Below, in pieces: positions 17,947 through 26,224 of a stretch of DNA of 28,819 bases (positions within the stretch are counted from its first letter, which is position 1; each line of letters starts with the position of its first letter). The DNA is taken from the IMG/VR virus record IMGVR_UViG_3300002091_000091, positions 1-28,819 of that record; one strand, 5' to 3'. Below the pieces are notes generated by a model. The model saw only the letters and a list, made by a program, of their open reading frames with translations, made no database searches and was not told the origin of the DNA. The stretch is from a virus. Lineage: Duplodnaviria > Caudoviricetes. A program made the position numbers and the translations under genes.

Positions 17947-17987
17947 CAAAGCGTACCAATTCGGTACTTACTTATAAAGGATATACC

Positions 17988-18596
17988 ATGTCATACATTA
18001 CTACTGAATTAACTAAAGCTGGTTTCATCTCTATCGGATCAGCCTGTGCTGATATTGATGGTCAACGTGATGAGGCTTTACTATCATTTTACAATGCTGT
18101 GCTGGTTGATGGTGATATTGATTATAGCGCATGGGTTGATGGTGCTACATTTTGGAAGCAAGGCTATGCTGAGGCTAAGCATTGCCAGCCTGACGATAAC
18201 AAGGTCTCAGTAGCATGGCATAGCTTTACTAGCGATCTCAAGACTCAATACGATATCGTTAAGCCAGCTAAGCCCACAAAGGCTGGCGCTGATAAGGCTA
18301 AGCAAAGGACTAAACAAGCTGAGGAGATGGAAGCAATCAAGGCTAAGCCAATTGAAGCGCTGGTTGAAGAGGTTGCAATGCTTACCCAAAACCCTACACT
18401 TGCTAACATTCAGAAGGCTACCAAAATACAGAAGGCTGTGGAAGCTAAGCGAAAAGAGGCTATTAAGGATCGCATGGCTGGCATTACTGAGTTACAAAAA
18501 GATGTCAAAGCATTAGTAGGACAATGCTTAGATGAGGAGAAACTAGGCTATATCAAGATGATGTTAGAAGGTGAGGTTGATATCTCCATAATGTAA
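17988..18596 (+). CDS. hypothetical early protein (paralog A)
   Basis: start MSYIT at 17988 after AAAGGA; shares NPTLxNIxxAxK with 19339-19938. Confidence 0.75.
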   Translation: MSYITTELTKAGFISIGSACADIDGQRDEALLSFYNAVLVDGDIDYSAWVDGATFWKQGYAEAKHCQPDDNKVSVAWHSFTSDLKTQYDIVKPAKPTKAGADKAKQRTKQAEEMEAIKAKPIEALVEEVAMLTQNPTLANIQKATKIQKAVEAKRKEAIKDRMAGITELQKDVKALVGQCLDEEKLGYIKMMLEGEVDISIM

Positions 18597-18601
18597 TAAT
18601 G

Positions 18602-18655
18602 GCTGGGGGAAACCCCAGCTTGTTTTATCTAACCCGCTTAGGCGGGTTTTATTTT
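18602..18655 (+). terminator. GAAA-loop hairpin plus rho-independent terminator
   Basis: GCTGGGG-GAAA-CCCCAGC then AACCCGC-TTAG-GCGGGTT-TTATTTT. Confidence 0.8.
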
Positions 18656-18659
18656 GCCT

Positions 18660-19200
18660 ATATATAAGGGAACTGGTTGTAAGCGACGCATTAGCCCTGT
18701 TCGCAAAGCGAACGCAGTCGGCATCAAACGCAAGGCGAACGGAACATTACAAGGGTGAACCAAACTAACGCAATAATCGAGTAGGACAAAGTTAGATCGA
18801 GCTAAGAATGTCCGTTACGTTGGTAATGTTCGAGAAATTCGCTTTGTTCCAAAACGCTAAAATAAGTGGAACAAAAGAAACTGAGTTAAATCAATGAGTT
18901 ACACGCTTTGTTCTAATGTTCCTAATGTTCCATTTTTTTACTTCGCTCAGAATTTTTAATTTTCTCGTTCGCTTCGCCCCTCTCGCATAGTGCAGAGAAT
19001 AGATTTTTTAACCTCGTAATATAAAAGTTATAACAATATAACATTAGAACATTATATATAAAACAGACAGCAAACCCTTGTAGTTATAAGGTTTTGTAAT
19101 GTTCCAACGAAGCGAACAAAATAGAACAAAGCACCTCTTTTTAGAACAAAGCGAATTACACTTCTCGCAGATTCTTTAGAACCACGACGGACACTAGGAC
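18660..19200. repeat. non-coding region rich in GAACA/TGTTC direct and inverted repeats
   Basis: 14-bp IR 18836-18849/19144-19157, 12-bp IR 18909-18920/19040-19051, at least six AATGTTC/GAACATT units, AT-rich core. Confidence 0.6.
18784..18813 (+). repeat. 12-6-12 palindromic site copy 1
   Basis: GGACAAAGTTAG-ATCGAG-CTAAGAATGTCC (one mismatch). Confidence 0.85.
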
Positions 19201-19206
19201 AACCCC

Positions 19207-19235
19207 TTGACATTGTAATGGTATTCTGTTATACT
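19207..19235 (+). promoter_or_regulatory. sigma70 early promoter 2
   Basis: TTGACA-17 bp-TATACT with extended -10 TG. Confidence 0.8.
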
Positions 19236-19276
19236 ACAAGGGTAGTAAAGATTAAAAGGCAGTAAGTAACAAAAGC

Positions 19277-19306
19277 GGACAAACTTAGGTAGTGCTAAGA
19301 ATGTCC
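19277..19306 (+). repeat. 12-6-12 palindromic site copy 2
   Basis: GGACAAACTTAG-GTAGTG-CTAAGAATGTCC. Confidence 0.95.
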
Positions 19307-19338
19307 ATAAACCAAACTTAAAAGGATTTAAAAACACT

Positions 19339-19938
19339 ATGAAAACTGTTATCAAAACCCAAGAAATGATTTACGCTTTTGATGAGCAACAAACTGCTTC
19401 AATTAAAGCAAGCGCAATTAACTTCTTTGAATCTGAAGAATCCGCAGAAAACGCAGTATTAACTTATCAGCGCATCATTGGTCTAAAACCGACTTTCGAT
19501 CAGTACGAAATGGGTCGTTTGCTATTCCTCGAAGCGATCACCGAAGTAAAACCCGATATTACCGACAATGCCTTAAACGTGCGCTGGAATACGTTTAGCA
19601 AAAAACTCGGGATCGATAAGCCTAAAAAGACGGACTCTGCCGATGCTGTTCGCAAAGCGAACGAGAGAGCCTTGGCAAAAGAAAAGCAACAGGAAGAATT
19701 TAAGGGCATGACTATCGAGGAATTAAAACACGAAGCCAAGAACTTGCTAAGCAATCCCACACTCAAGAACATTGAGCAAGCGAAGAAATACACAAAGCAA
19801 GCCGAGTTACTTTACAAGGAAGCGAACAAGGAAGAACAAGAACAAAAGGCGCAGTTAGTTAAAGACTTAACTGCATGGGCAAAAGACCAAAGTTATCTTG
19901 ACCTCTACACTATTTGCGAGAACATGGGAGTTATCTAA
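19339..19938 (+). CDS. hypothetical early protein (paralog B)
   Basis: 199 aa, helical K/E-rich; NPTLKNIEQAKK matches paralog A. Confidence 0.75.
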   Translation: MKTVIKTQEMIYAFDEQQTASIKASAINFFESEESAENAVLTYQRIIGLKPTFDQYEMGRLLFLEAITEVKPDITDNALNVRWNTFSKKLGIDKPKKTDSADAVRKANERALAKEKQQEEFKGMTIEELKHEAKNLLSNPTLKNIEQAKKYTKQAELLYKEANKEEQEQKAQLVKDLTAWAKDQSYLDLYTICENMGVI

Positions 19939-19942
19939 ACCA

Positions 19943-19990
19943 TAGGGGGAAACCCCTAGTAACTCTAAGCCCACTTCGGTGGGCTTTTTT
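19943..19990 (+). terminator. GAAA-loop hairpin plus rho-independent terminator
   Basis: TAGGGG-GAAA-CCCCTA then AAGCCCAC-TTCG-GTGGGCTT-TTTT. Confidence 0.85.
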
Positions 19991-20078
19991 ATTACCTAAA
20001 ATAAATGTGAGAACTGGTCAGCCAAAGCCAAGCGACGCAAAAGCGCAATCAAATCAAGCCCTTACGAAGGACAACCCC

Positions 20079-20107
20079 TTGACATTGTCATGATTCTATG
20101 GTATACT
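20079..20107 (+). promoter_or_regulatory. sigma70 early promoter 3
   Basis: TTGACA-17 bp-TATACT; shares GGACAACCCCTTGACATTGT with promoter 2. Confidence 0.8.
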
Positions 20108-20145
20108 AGAGGGGTTAGTGGGAATTTAATTTATTTGTTTTTGCT

Positions 20146-20175
20146 GGACATTCTTAGGTGTTACTAAGTTTGTCC
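20146..20175 (-). repeat. 12-6-12 palindromic site copy 3 (inverted)
   Basis: GGACATTCTTAG-GTGTTA-CTAAGTTTGTCC is the reverse complement of the consensus. Confidence 0.95.
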
Positions 20176-20196
20176 TAATTTATGAAAGGTAGTGCA

Positions 20197-20457
20197 ATGT
20201 CCAACCGACAAGCGACACACGAGTCACACCGCTATTTCTGCGTAGCTAATATTGCCAAAGACTGCGATACCTATGTAGATAGCAAGCGTGCTGATATTCT
20301 AGCAACACAACACCGACTACTAACTTGCTTGAAATGTGGCGATGTAATAGCTAAGGGTAAAAAGCATATTGTGCAGATTCCCTATTCCAAAGGTGCGTAT
20401 CAATACATACATAACCCGCAAGACTTATTCTTCACTAACCCAAAGAGGACAACATGA
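20197..20457 (+). CDS. small putative zinc-binding protein
   Basis: Cys pairs C-x7-C and CLKC; C-terminal SKGAYQYI; start 20197 after GAAAGGT (20182 also possible). Confidence 0.6.
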   Translation: MSNRQATHESHRYFCVANIAKDCDTYVDSKRADILATQHRLLTCLKCGDVIAKGKKHIVQIPYSKGAYQYIHNPQDLFFTNPKRTT

Positions 20458-20603
20458 CCTACATATTTGGAGCATTGGCAATCGTGGTATCTATCATGAC
20501 AGTATGTGCGTCTTTCTTATTCGAGGTTACTGGAGTATTGCCTATCCTTGGCTTAGCTTTATCTGCGTTTACTTTCGGCTTCATTATGGGGGAGAACTCA
20601 TGA
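20454..20603 (+). CDS. 49-aa membrane protein
   Basis: not in the ORF track; GAGGA RBS, ATGA overlaps at both ends, two hydrophobic segments. Confidence 0.6.
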   Translation: MTYIFGALAIVVSIMTVCASFLFEVTGVLPILGLALSAFTFGFIMGENS

Positions 20604-20830
20604 GTGTGATGACCGAAGCGAACAAAGAATGGCGTAAGTTCATTGACATACTAGAGCAACACGACAAAGAAACATACCTTAACTTGTGGATGAAAGTGCC
20701 GTCGGCAACTGACAAAGTTATAAGTAATGACTACCAGCGTTGGCGACACATAGTGCAAAAAGCGTTTTTCGATGGGTATGAAGCTGGCTTTACCGATAGA
20801 TTATTTAAGGGGGATATAAACGATGATTAA
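20600..20830 (+). CDS. hypothetical protein
   Basis: start MSVMTE at 20600 after GGGGAG. Confidence 0.65.
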   Translation: MSVMTEANKEWRKFIDILEQHDKETYLNLWMKVPSATDKVISNDYQRWRHIVQKAFFDGYEAGFTDRLFKGDINDD

Positions 20831-20924
20831 GTTTATGGGTGTTATGTTATTAGGGGCAATCGGTGTATTCCTAGCCGTATTTGCTATTGGCTTGGGTGTG
20901 TATGTTGGAGGGCTAGTATTTTGA
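20823..20924 (+). CDS. 33-aa membrane peptide
   Basis: not in the ORF track; MIKFMGVMLLGAIGVFLAVFAIGLGVYVGGLVF; GGGGGA RBS. Confidence 0.5.
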   Translation: MIKFMGVMLLGAIGVFLAVFAIGLGVYVGGLVF

Positions 20925-21097
20925 GAGTTGTAAAGCTATACCGCAAACCCGATAAGCCCGAGTTCTTCATTTTGGTGCGACGCATAGCGAACGAGATTCT
21001 TTTGGTTTACCCCATTGAATTGCCTGAGCGAAAGCGGCAAGCAAGGTGGCTTAGTTTGGACGAAGTTTATATTGATTGGATAAGGGAGTTTGTATGA
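20921..21097 (+). CDS. 58-aa hypothetical protein
   Basis: TTG start after GGAGG; coupled overlaps at both ends. Confidence 0.5.
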   Translation: MRVVKLYRKPDKPEFFILVRRIANEILLVYPIELPERKRQARWLSLDEVYIDWIREFV

Positions 21098-21288
21098 CTG
21101 AGTATTACAAAGGGCAACGCATTACTGAATTGTTAGAAGCCATAACAACGATGGAGACCCGATTAAAAGCCCTAACCGCCGACGCCGACCCCTTTTCTTT
21201 AGCACAGTATGAAGAAGTAGCACAGGGCTATACCTCGCTTGCCCTAGCAAAAGCGAAACTAACTGCATTACAAGGAGAGAGTAAATGA
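21094..21288 (+). CDS. hypothetical coiled-coil protein
   Basis: start MTEYY at 21094 after AGGGAG. Confidence 0.6.
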   Translation: MTEYYKGQRITELLEAITTMETRLKALTADADPFSLAQYEEVAQGYTSLALAKAKLTALQGESK

Positions 21289-21503
21289 GCATGATGGCGG
21301 ATTTACACCAAGAACTATCGGAGTTTATTACCGATGAGCGTGACCAAGCAACCCTGTTGGAAATCTTTTGGGGTATGAACGACAAGCATGGCGATTCCGA
21401 CAGTCGCAAAAAAATGGCTCAGCAGATTGTTGATTTGCAGACTATCTATGGGGACTTGTTGGAAGATGCTGTTGAGGTTCTCTACAAGTATAAGAATCTA
21501 TGA
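21285..21503 (+). CDS. hypothetical protein
   Basis: 72 aa, AAGGAG RBS, ATGA coupling at its 3' end. Confidence 0.65.
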   Translation: MSMMADLHQELSEFITDERDQATLLEIFWGMNDKHGDSDSRKKMAQQIVDLQTIYGDLLEDAVEVLYKYKNL

Positions 21504-21661
21504 CTCTTGATGAATTAAAAGTATTAAGCGAAGTAAGTAACAACCTAAGCCTCATTAACATAGAAAGGACACCAGCGACATTAGTAAGACTACTAGCATT
21601 ACAAGCAAGAGATGCAATCGAGAAGTTAATAAAAGATCGGGACAAACTTAGCAACCACTAA
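21500..21661 (+). CDS. 53-aa hypothetical protein
   Basis: ATGA coupled; its last codons and TAA stop lie inside palindromic site copy 4. Confidence 0.55.
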   Translation: MTLDELKVLSEVSNNLSLINIERTPATLVRLLALQARDAIEKLIKDRDKLSNH

Positions 21662-21669
21662 GAATGTCC
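21640..21669 (+). repeat. 12-6-12 palindromic site copy 4
   Basis: GGACAAACTTAG-CAACCA-CTAAGAATGTCC. Confidence 0.95.
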
Positions 21670-21689
21670 AAACAACAAAAGGAGAAGTT

Positions 21690-21968
21690 ATGTATTGGAA
21701 TAATAGAACAGTAAGAACAGTTGCTCGTTATGAGCACAAAGGACAGGCAGTAATTGAGCCGTTCTTTGAGATCTGCGAAGTATTCTACAACGACAAAGGT
21801 CAGCCATGCGGTTATACCTCGGCAAATGTTGGCGGGGAAACACCTGAGGAATTGCTTGCAGTATACGAGAGAATGGCAGAGGCTTTAGAGCACCCAGTCT
21901 TAGATAGCGAGACGGACTTTAACAATAAGTTTGAAGAAGATGAGGAGGACGGACATGAGTTCGCTTGA
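21690..21968 (+). CDS. hypothetical phage protein
   Basis: 92 aa; W.NR and I.EVFY...G motifs; AAGGAG RBS. Confidence 0.7.
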   Translation: MYWNNRTVRTVARYEHKGQAVIEPFFEICEVFYNDKGQPCGYTSANVGGETPEELLAVYERMAEALEHPVLDSETDFNNKFEEDEEDGHEFA

Positions 21969-22170
21969 GAAAAACTTACGCCCATTACCACGCACGATGG
22001 ACGAGGCACAACGCAACGCTAACTATGCTAGTTCGATATATATGTTTAAGAGCGACGCACAAAACTCATGGGAATTTATAGTTGGTGCGGTATATGGGTT
22101 TGTCGTAGTTGGGTTAGCCGTTGGCTCTATTGCTTTATTACTTTACTGGTTGATTGGAGATAAATTATGA
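21955..22170 (+). CDS. hypothetical protein with C-terminal TM helix
   Basis: start MSSLEK after GGAGGA; PRTMDEA motif; hydrophobic C-terminus. Confidence 0.65.
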   Translation: MSSLEKNLRPLPRTMDEAQRNANYASSIYMFKSDAQNSWEFIVGAVYGFVVVGLAVGSIALLLYWLIGDKL

Positions 22171-23120
22171 GTTGGGGATTTGGGAATTGTGGTAGGTTAA
22201 AACCTATATCTACCTATAAGCAAGCAAAGGAACACTTTGAATGGGTGACTCCTATTCGTGGTCGCAAGGAAGAAGTTAAGCCTTTGGGGTTAAACCGACG
22301 CTATACATGGTATCGCATTAAAGAAAATATGCGGGTGGTTGACGACGGCTGTCTAGGTGCGTGGCAGAAGACTTACTCTGCTAATCTTTACAACACCGAC
22401 ATGGTTGAGTGGTTTCCTAATGGCGATATTGCAATAGGAACTGGTGGGTGGCAGTCCCCGACTAGTCTTGCGTTTATCAATTACACGACTCAAGACTTTG
22501 GGCATATTGAATCATGGAATGGCAAATGGTATTTTACTAATAGAGAGAACAAAAGCTATCTACTAAAGAGTAAGACTAAAGAAAAGCTATTGTTGGTTAA
22601 TACCGGACGGCAGATCCAATCCTATGCTAGAGGAATGGTTGATGTATATGAGCCAGCTCATCCACAACAGGAACACAAGTACTCAGCGAACAGAAAGGAG
22701 ATGAATCGTCTTAAGAAATACTACGCACCATTTACCGAGTATTGCAAGAATATGCTACTCATCGACAATAAGTTTAACTACACATCAGAAGAAATGGATA
22801 AAGCGTTTGGCAAGATGACGAGTCCTCACATGGTTTCTTATAGCTACCACAGAGATATTGCTAAAGAGCATAGGAGTTTCTTTATGGAAAAAGTCGGAGA
22901 GTTTATTGATGGCGGGTCCATAAATTTAAACCTAGCCTATAACTTAGCATTGCTTGGTGCTAAGTCGGCAGCGGGTTGGAGACAACGATGCGAACCTAGA
23001 CAGTTCGAGGATAACTTCATTGAGATAATTAGAAACCACCATAACGCAGAAGTATTTAAAGCCACCCCTATGGAAGTAGGTGTTGCCTTTGTTGACCGCA
23101 ACGCAAAGTATTTTTATTAA
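22167..23120 (+). CDS. hypothetical protein
   Basis: 317 aa open frame with GGAG RBS; PIRG...PLG..R motif. Confidence 0.75.
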   Translation: MSWGFGNCGRLKPISTYKQAKEHFEWVTPIRGRKEEVKPLGLNRRYTWYRIKENMRVVDDGCLGAWQKTYSANLYNTDMVEWFPNGDIAIGTGGWQSPTSLAFINYTTQDFGHIESWNGKWYFTNRENKSYLLKSKTKEKLLLVNTGRQIQSYARGMVDVYEPAHPQQEHKYSANRKEMNRLKKYYAPFTEYCKNMLLIDNKFNYTSEEMDKAFGKMTSPHMVSYSYHRDIAKEHRSFFMEKVGEFIDGGSINLNLAYNLALLGAKSAAGWRQRCEPRQFEDNFIEIIRNHHNAEVFKATPMEVGVAFVDRNAKYFY

Positions 23121-23135
23121 GGTAGTTAACTCAAC

Positions 23136-23165
23136 GGACAAACTTAGTAAGACCTAAGAATGTCC
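23136..23165 (+). repeat. 12-6-12 palindromic site copy 5
   Basis: GGACAAACTTAG-TAAGAC-CTAAGAATGTCC. Confidence 0.95.
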
Positions 23166-23187
23166 ACAATAACGGAAGGAAGTAACC

Positions 23188-24282
23188 ATGTCTGAAGTAT
23201 TTTTAAATAAAGTAGCAACTCTTGCAGAAGCAGAGAATCTTATCCTCTCTCTTGGTGCTAACGGAACAGTTCATTTAGTAGGTGAGCCGGGCGTAGGCAA
23301 AACTTCAATGTTTAAGAATATCGTGCGTCGCACAGGCTTTAAAGGTATTTACATTGATGCACCTAACATTGAACTAGGCGAATTAGGTATTCCAATCCCT
23401 GACCATGCCACAAAAACAACCCGAATCTACCCGAATGAGCAATGGGGTTTTCATGTAAATGAGCCAAAGGTTATCTTTATTGACGAGTTCACTAAAGCCC
23501 ACAATGCAGTTAAGAATATGCTTCATCCTATGCTTAATGAACCTCGTATGATTATGGGCATCCCATTGCACGAGAAGGATATTGTCGTAACGGCAGGGAA
23601 TTACTCAGGCGATGGGGTAGGCGATAACATGATGGCTCATAGCCGGAACCGCGTGACTGTTGTGCAAGTAAAAAAACCTCACGCGGGATTTAATCCTGAT
23701 GGCTCGATAGACCATGATTCTTGGGGTGCTTGGGCAGTAGATAATGCGATAGCACCTGAGGTTTTAGCATGGGTTAAAGAAACACCTCATTGCTTGTCTT
23801 CATATCTCGACGGAGCACAAGCGGGGAATAAATATATCTTTAATCCTAAAGAGGCACAGAAGTCTTTTGTTTCCCCTCGTTCTCTTGCTAGAGCATCAGC
23901 TATTCTTACGGCTCGTACAGGTGTAACACTAAACGCAACTATTTGTGCATTAGAGGGGACGATTGGTGCGCCTGCGGCTAGAGATTTGATGGCATATGTG
24001 GAGGTCGCCGACTCGCTACCAACTTGGGATGAAATTTGCAAGTCACCCAATACTGCAATAGTGCCGTCATCACCCGCCGCTTTGTGTCTGCTAGCTTTCT
24101 CTGCGGTGCAAAAGGTTGATCGGGAATCTATCAGTAAGTTCTTTGAATACTTAAAGCGAACTCCAAAAGAATTGCAATCGGTATTCTGTCTTACTGGTAT
24201 GAAGAACGACGACAAGAAGAAGTTGTTTTTGACTAGCCAATCATTCACGACATGGATGCGTGAGAATCAGTACTTATTCTAA
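23188..24282 (+). CDS. AAA+ ATPase (MoxR/dynein-related type)
   Basis: Walker A GEPGVGKT, Walker B IFIDE, sensor-1 TAGN, arginine finger RNR, sensor-2 SPRS. Confidence 0.88.
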   Translation: MSEVFLNKVATLAEAENLILSLGANGTVHLVGEPGVGKTSMFKNIVRRTGFKGIYIDAPNIELGELGIPIPDHATKTTRIYPNEQWGFHVNEPKVIFIDEFTKAHNAVKNMLHPMLNEPRMIMGIPLHEKDIVVTAGNYSGDGVGDNMMAHSRNRVTVVQVKKPHAGFNPDGSIDHDSWGAWAVDNAIAPEVLAWVKETPHCLSSYLDGAQAGNKYIFNPKEAQKSFVSPRSLARASAILTARTGVTLNATICALEGTIGAPAARDLMAYVEVADSLPTWDEICKSPNTAIVPSSPAALCLLAFSAVQKVDRESISKFFEYLKRTPKELQSVFCLTGMKNDDKKKLFLTSQSFTTWMRENQYLF

Positions 24283-24291
24283 GGAAAATAT

Positions 24292-24501
24292 ATGTTAAAA
24301 GAAATTGTTGATGTGATGCGTGAGCATAGTAGGGTCAAAGCCGAGGGTAAACGCTTAGTTGTTGAGATGATCAAGTTGGCAGTAGAAACTGGGTTGACTC
24401 AAGAGGAGGCACTCAAGGCACACCTACCTACTTATTTAGATGGTTACTTAATGGCATTAGGACATATGCCGGAATACAGAAAGGATGCCTTAAATGATTG
24501 A
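24292..24501 (+). CDS. hypothetical protein
   Basis: 69 aa, AAGGA RBS. Confidence 0.6.
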   Translation: MLKEIVDVMREHSRVKAEGKRLVVEMIKLAVETGLTQEEALKAHLPTYLDGYLMALGHMPEYRKDALND

Positions 24502-24691
24502 GATTACCTACGCAGATATGTTCCTATTCGTTGTTATCCTGTTCTTATTAGCTATCTGGGTAAAGACAAAAGTGGAAATGAAAATGCAGAGAAAAGCCAT
24601 GATGCGAGGGTTGTATGCTTTGCATGAAGGTAAAGCCGAAGTAATCGTCGATGAAGTAGAAGGATCAATTCGTTTACAGGAGAAAGTATGA
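24494..24691 (+). CDS. small protein with N-terminal TM helix
   Basis: MFLFVVILFLLAIWV segment; AAGGA RBS. Confidence 0.6.
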   Translation: MIEITYADMFLFVVILFLLAIWVKTKVEMKMQRKAMMRGLYALHEGKAEVIVDEVEGSIRLQEKV

Positions 24692-25905
24692 GTAAGTTAA
24701 CAGCAGAACAACGCATTGAACGCACCCATGTGCAACTAATGAAACACCCTAACTTTTGTTTGTTTTCGGGGTTATTCATGGTTGGCAAGGTGAAGGTTGA
24801 TGAGGAGTGTCCTAGTGCTAAGACTAATGGGGTTGATGTTACCTATGGTCGTGGGTTCGTGGATAGCTTAACTGATAAGGCTCTTGCCTTTTTGATATTG
24901 CATGAGAATATGCACAAGGCTTATCGGCATTTGGTTGTGTGGAAACACTTGCACAAGAAAAACCACCAGCTAGCAAATGCGGCTTGTGACTTTGTTATCA
25001 ACTTGCAAATCCGTGACTACGACCCTGATGGTAGGGATACCGAGATGCCTGTTGATGCCGACGGCAATGTAATGGGACTTATCGATGAGAAGTATCGAGG
25101 TATGGATACGGCTCAAATCTTCCGTCTGCTAGAAGATGAGTATGGTGGTAAGGGCAAAGGCGCTGGTGGCGGTAAAAGGGGTAACGAGGCTGGTCAAGAT
25201 TTAGACGACCATGACTGGGAAGGTGCGGAAGAAGCAACACCTGAGGAACAAGAAGCCGTAGCGAACGAAATCGAGCGAGCATTACGACAAGGTTCAATCC
25301 TAGCGGGTAAGATGGGCGGTAAGGTTTCTAGAGAACTACAAGACTTACTTACTCCGAAGGTTGACTGGCGTGAGGCACTAAGGGACTTTGTTAAGACTTC
25401 AACTCAAGGTAAAGACCAAACAACTTGGCGTCGGTTGCATAAGCGTTACATCGGGTGCGACATCGTCATGCCTTCTTCTTATGATGAGAAGGTTGGGTCT
25501 ATTCTTATTGGTATAGATACCTCAGGCTCTATCGGTGGGGAAGAACTGGCGGGGTTTTTGAGCGAGGTCAAATCTATTTGTGATGAGGTCTCTCCCGAAA
25601 AAATTGATTTACTTTATTGGGATACGCATGTGGCATCTCACGAAGTTTATCAAGGCTCTGAACTTTGCAACTTAACTGAAACAACTAAGCCAGCGGGGGG
25701 TGGTGGTACTAGCCCTGAGTGTGTGCCTCGTTACATGAAGAAAGAAGCCTTAGAGCCTGAGTGCGTAATTATGCTAACCGATGGGTATATCGGGTCGCAA
25801 GACCCAAGCGACTGGCAAATCAACAAGCCTATTCTTTGGTGTATCAAAGGCAATGAAAGATTTAATAGTTCTCAAGTATCAGGAAAGGTGGTTCATGTGG
25901 AATGA
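24688..25905 (+). CDS. metallopeptidase-like (HExxH) plus VWA domain protein (DUF2201-type)
   Basis: LHENMH, N.ACD..IN, MIDAS DTSGS, GGGGT and TDG motifs. Confidence 0.85.
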   Translation: MSKLTAEQRIERTHVQLMKHPNFCLFSGLFMVGKVKVDEECPSAKTNGVDVTYGRGFVDSLTDKALAFLILHENMHKAYRHLVVWKHLHKKNHQLANAACDFVINLQIRDYDPDGRDTEMPVDADGNVMGLIDEKYRGMDTAQIFRLLEDEYGGKGKGAGGGKRGNEAGQDLDDHDWEGAEEATPEEQEAVANEIERALRQGSILAGKMGGKVSRELQDLLTPKVDWREALRDFVKTSTQGKDQTTWRRLHKRYIGCDIVMPSSYDEKVGSILIGIDTSGSIGGEELAGFLSEVKSICDEVSPEKIDLLYWDTHVASHEVYQGSELCNLTETTKPAGGGGTSPECVPRYMKKEALEPECVIMLTDGYIGSQDPSDWQINKPILWCIKGNERFNSSQVSGKVVHVE

Positions 25906-26188
25906 TAAGAAACCTTGGTGGCAGAAACCTAAAGGCGACCCAAGAAAGGCTGTCGATAGTAAGTATGCCAAGAATTGGTGCGTGGTTGCGATGGTCAGAA
26001 TGGAGCATACACCGAATAGGTTTAGTCCTGTGGTAGTAAGTTTTTATAGGGCATGTACCATGCTTAACGCACCAAAGTATTTTACAGAAGATGGCAAGGT
26101 AGAAAGTAGCGCAGTAATGAGTAACCTAACCAAGCAAGATGCGCTTGCGTGCGCTAAAGGCTTAAACTTTTTTGATGGACAAACTTAG
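25895..26188 (+). CDS. hypothetical protein
   Basis: start MWNDK at 25895 after AAGGTGG; TAG stop lies inside palindromic site copy 6. Confidence 0.6.
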   Translation: MWNDKKPWWQKPKGDPRKAVDSKYAKNWCVVAMVRMEHTPNRFSPVVVSFYRACTMLNAPKYFTEDGKVESSAVMSNLTKQDALACAKGLNFFDGQT

Positions 26189-26206
26189 CAACAACTAAGA
26201 ATGTCC
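26177..26206 (+). repeat. 12-6-12 palindromic site copy 6
   Basis: GGACAAACTTAG-CAACAA-CTAAGAATGTCC. Confidence 0.95.
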
Positions 26207-26224
26207 TTAACGATAGGAATGATT

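Noticed and set aside
17695-17949. 84-aa minus-strand ORF in the divergence region
   Set aside because: Overlaps an early promoter and G-tracts, has a TTG-like weak start and biased composition; likely spurious
18740-19160. LexA SOS boxes from GAAC/GTTC repeats
   Set aside because: Spacings I checked (4, 5 and 6 nt direct) do not fit GTTC-N7-GTTC or CGAAC-N4-GTTCG, and no CTGT-N8-ACAG was evident
20369-20599. N-terminal extension of the 153-aa ORF in the track
   Set aside because: Better explained by separate coupled genes 20197-20457, 20454-20603 and 20600-20830, each with its own RBS
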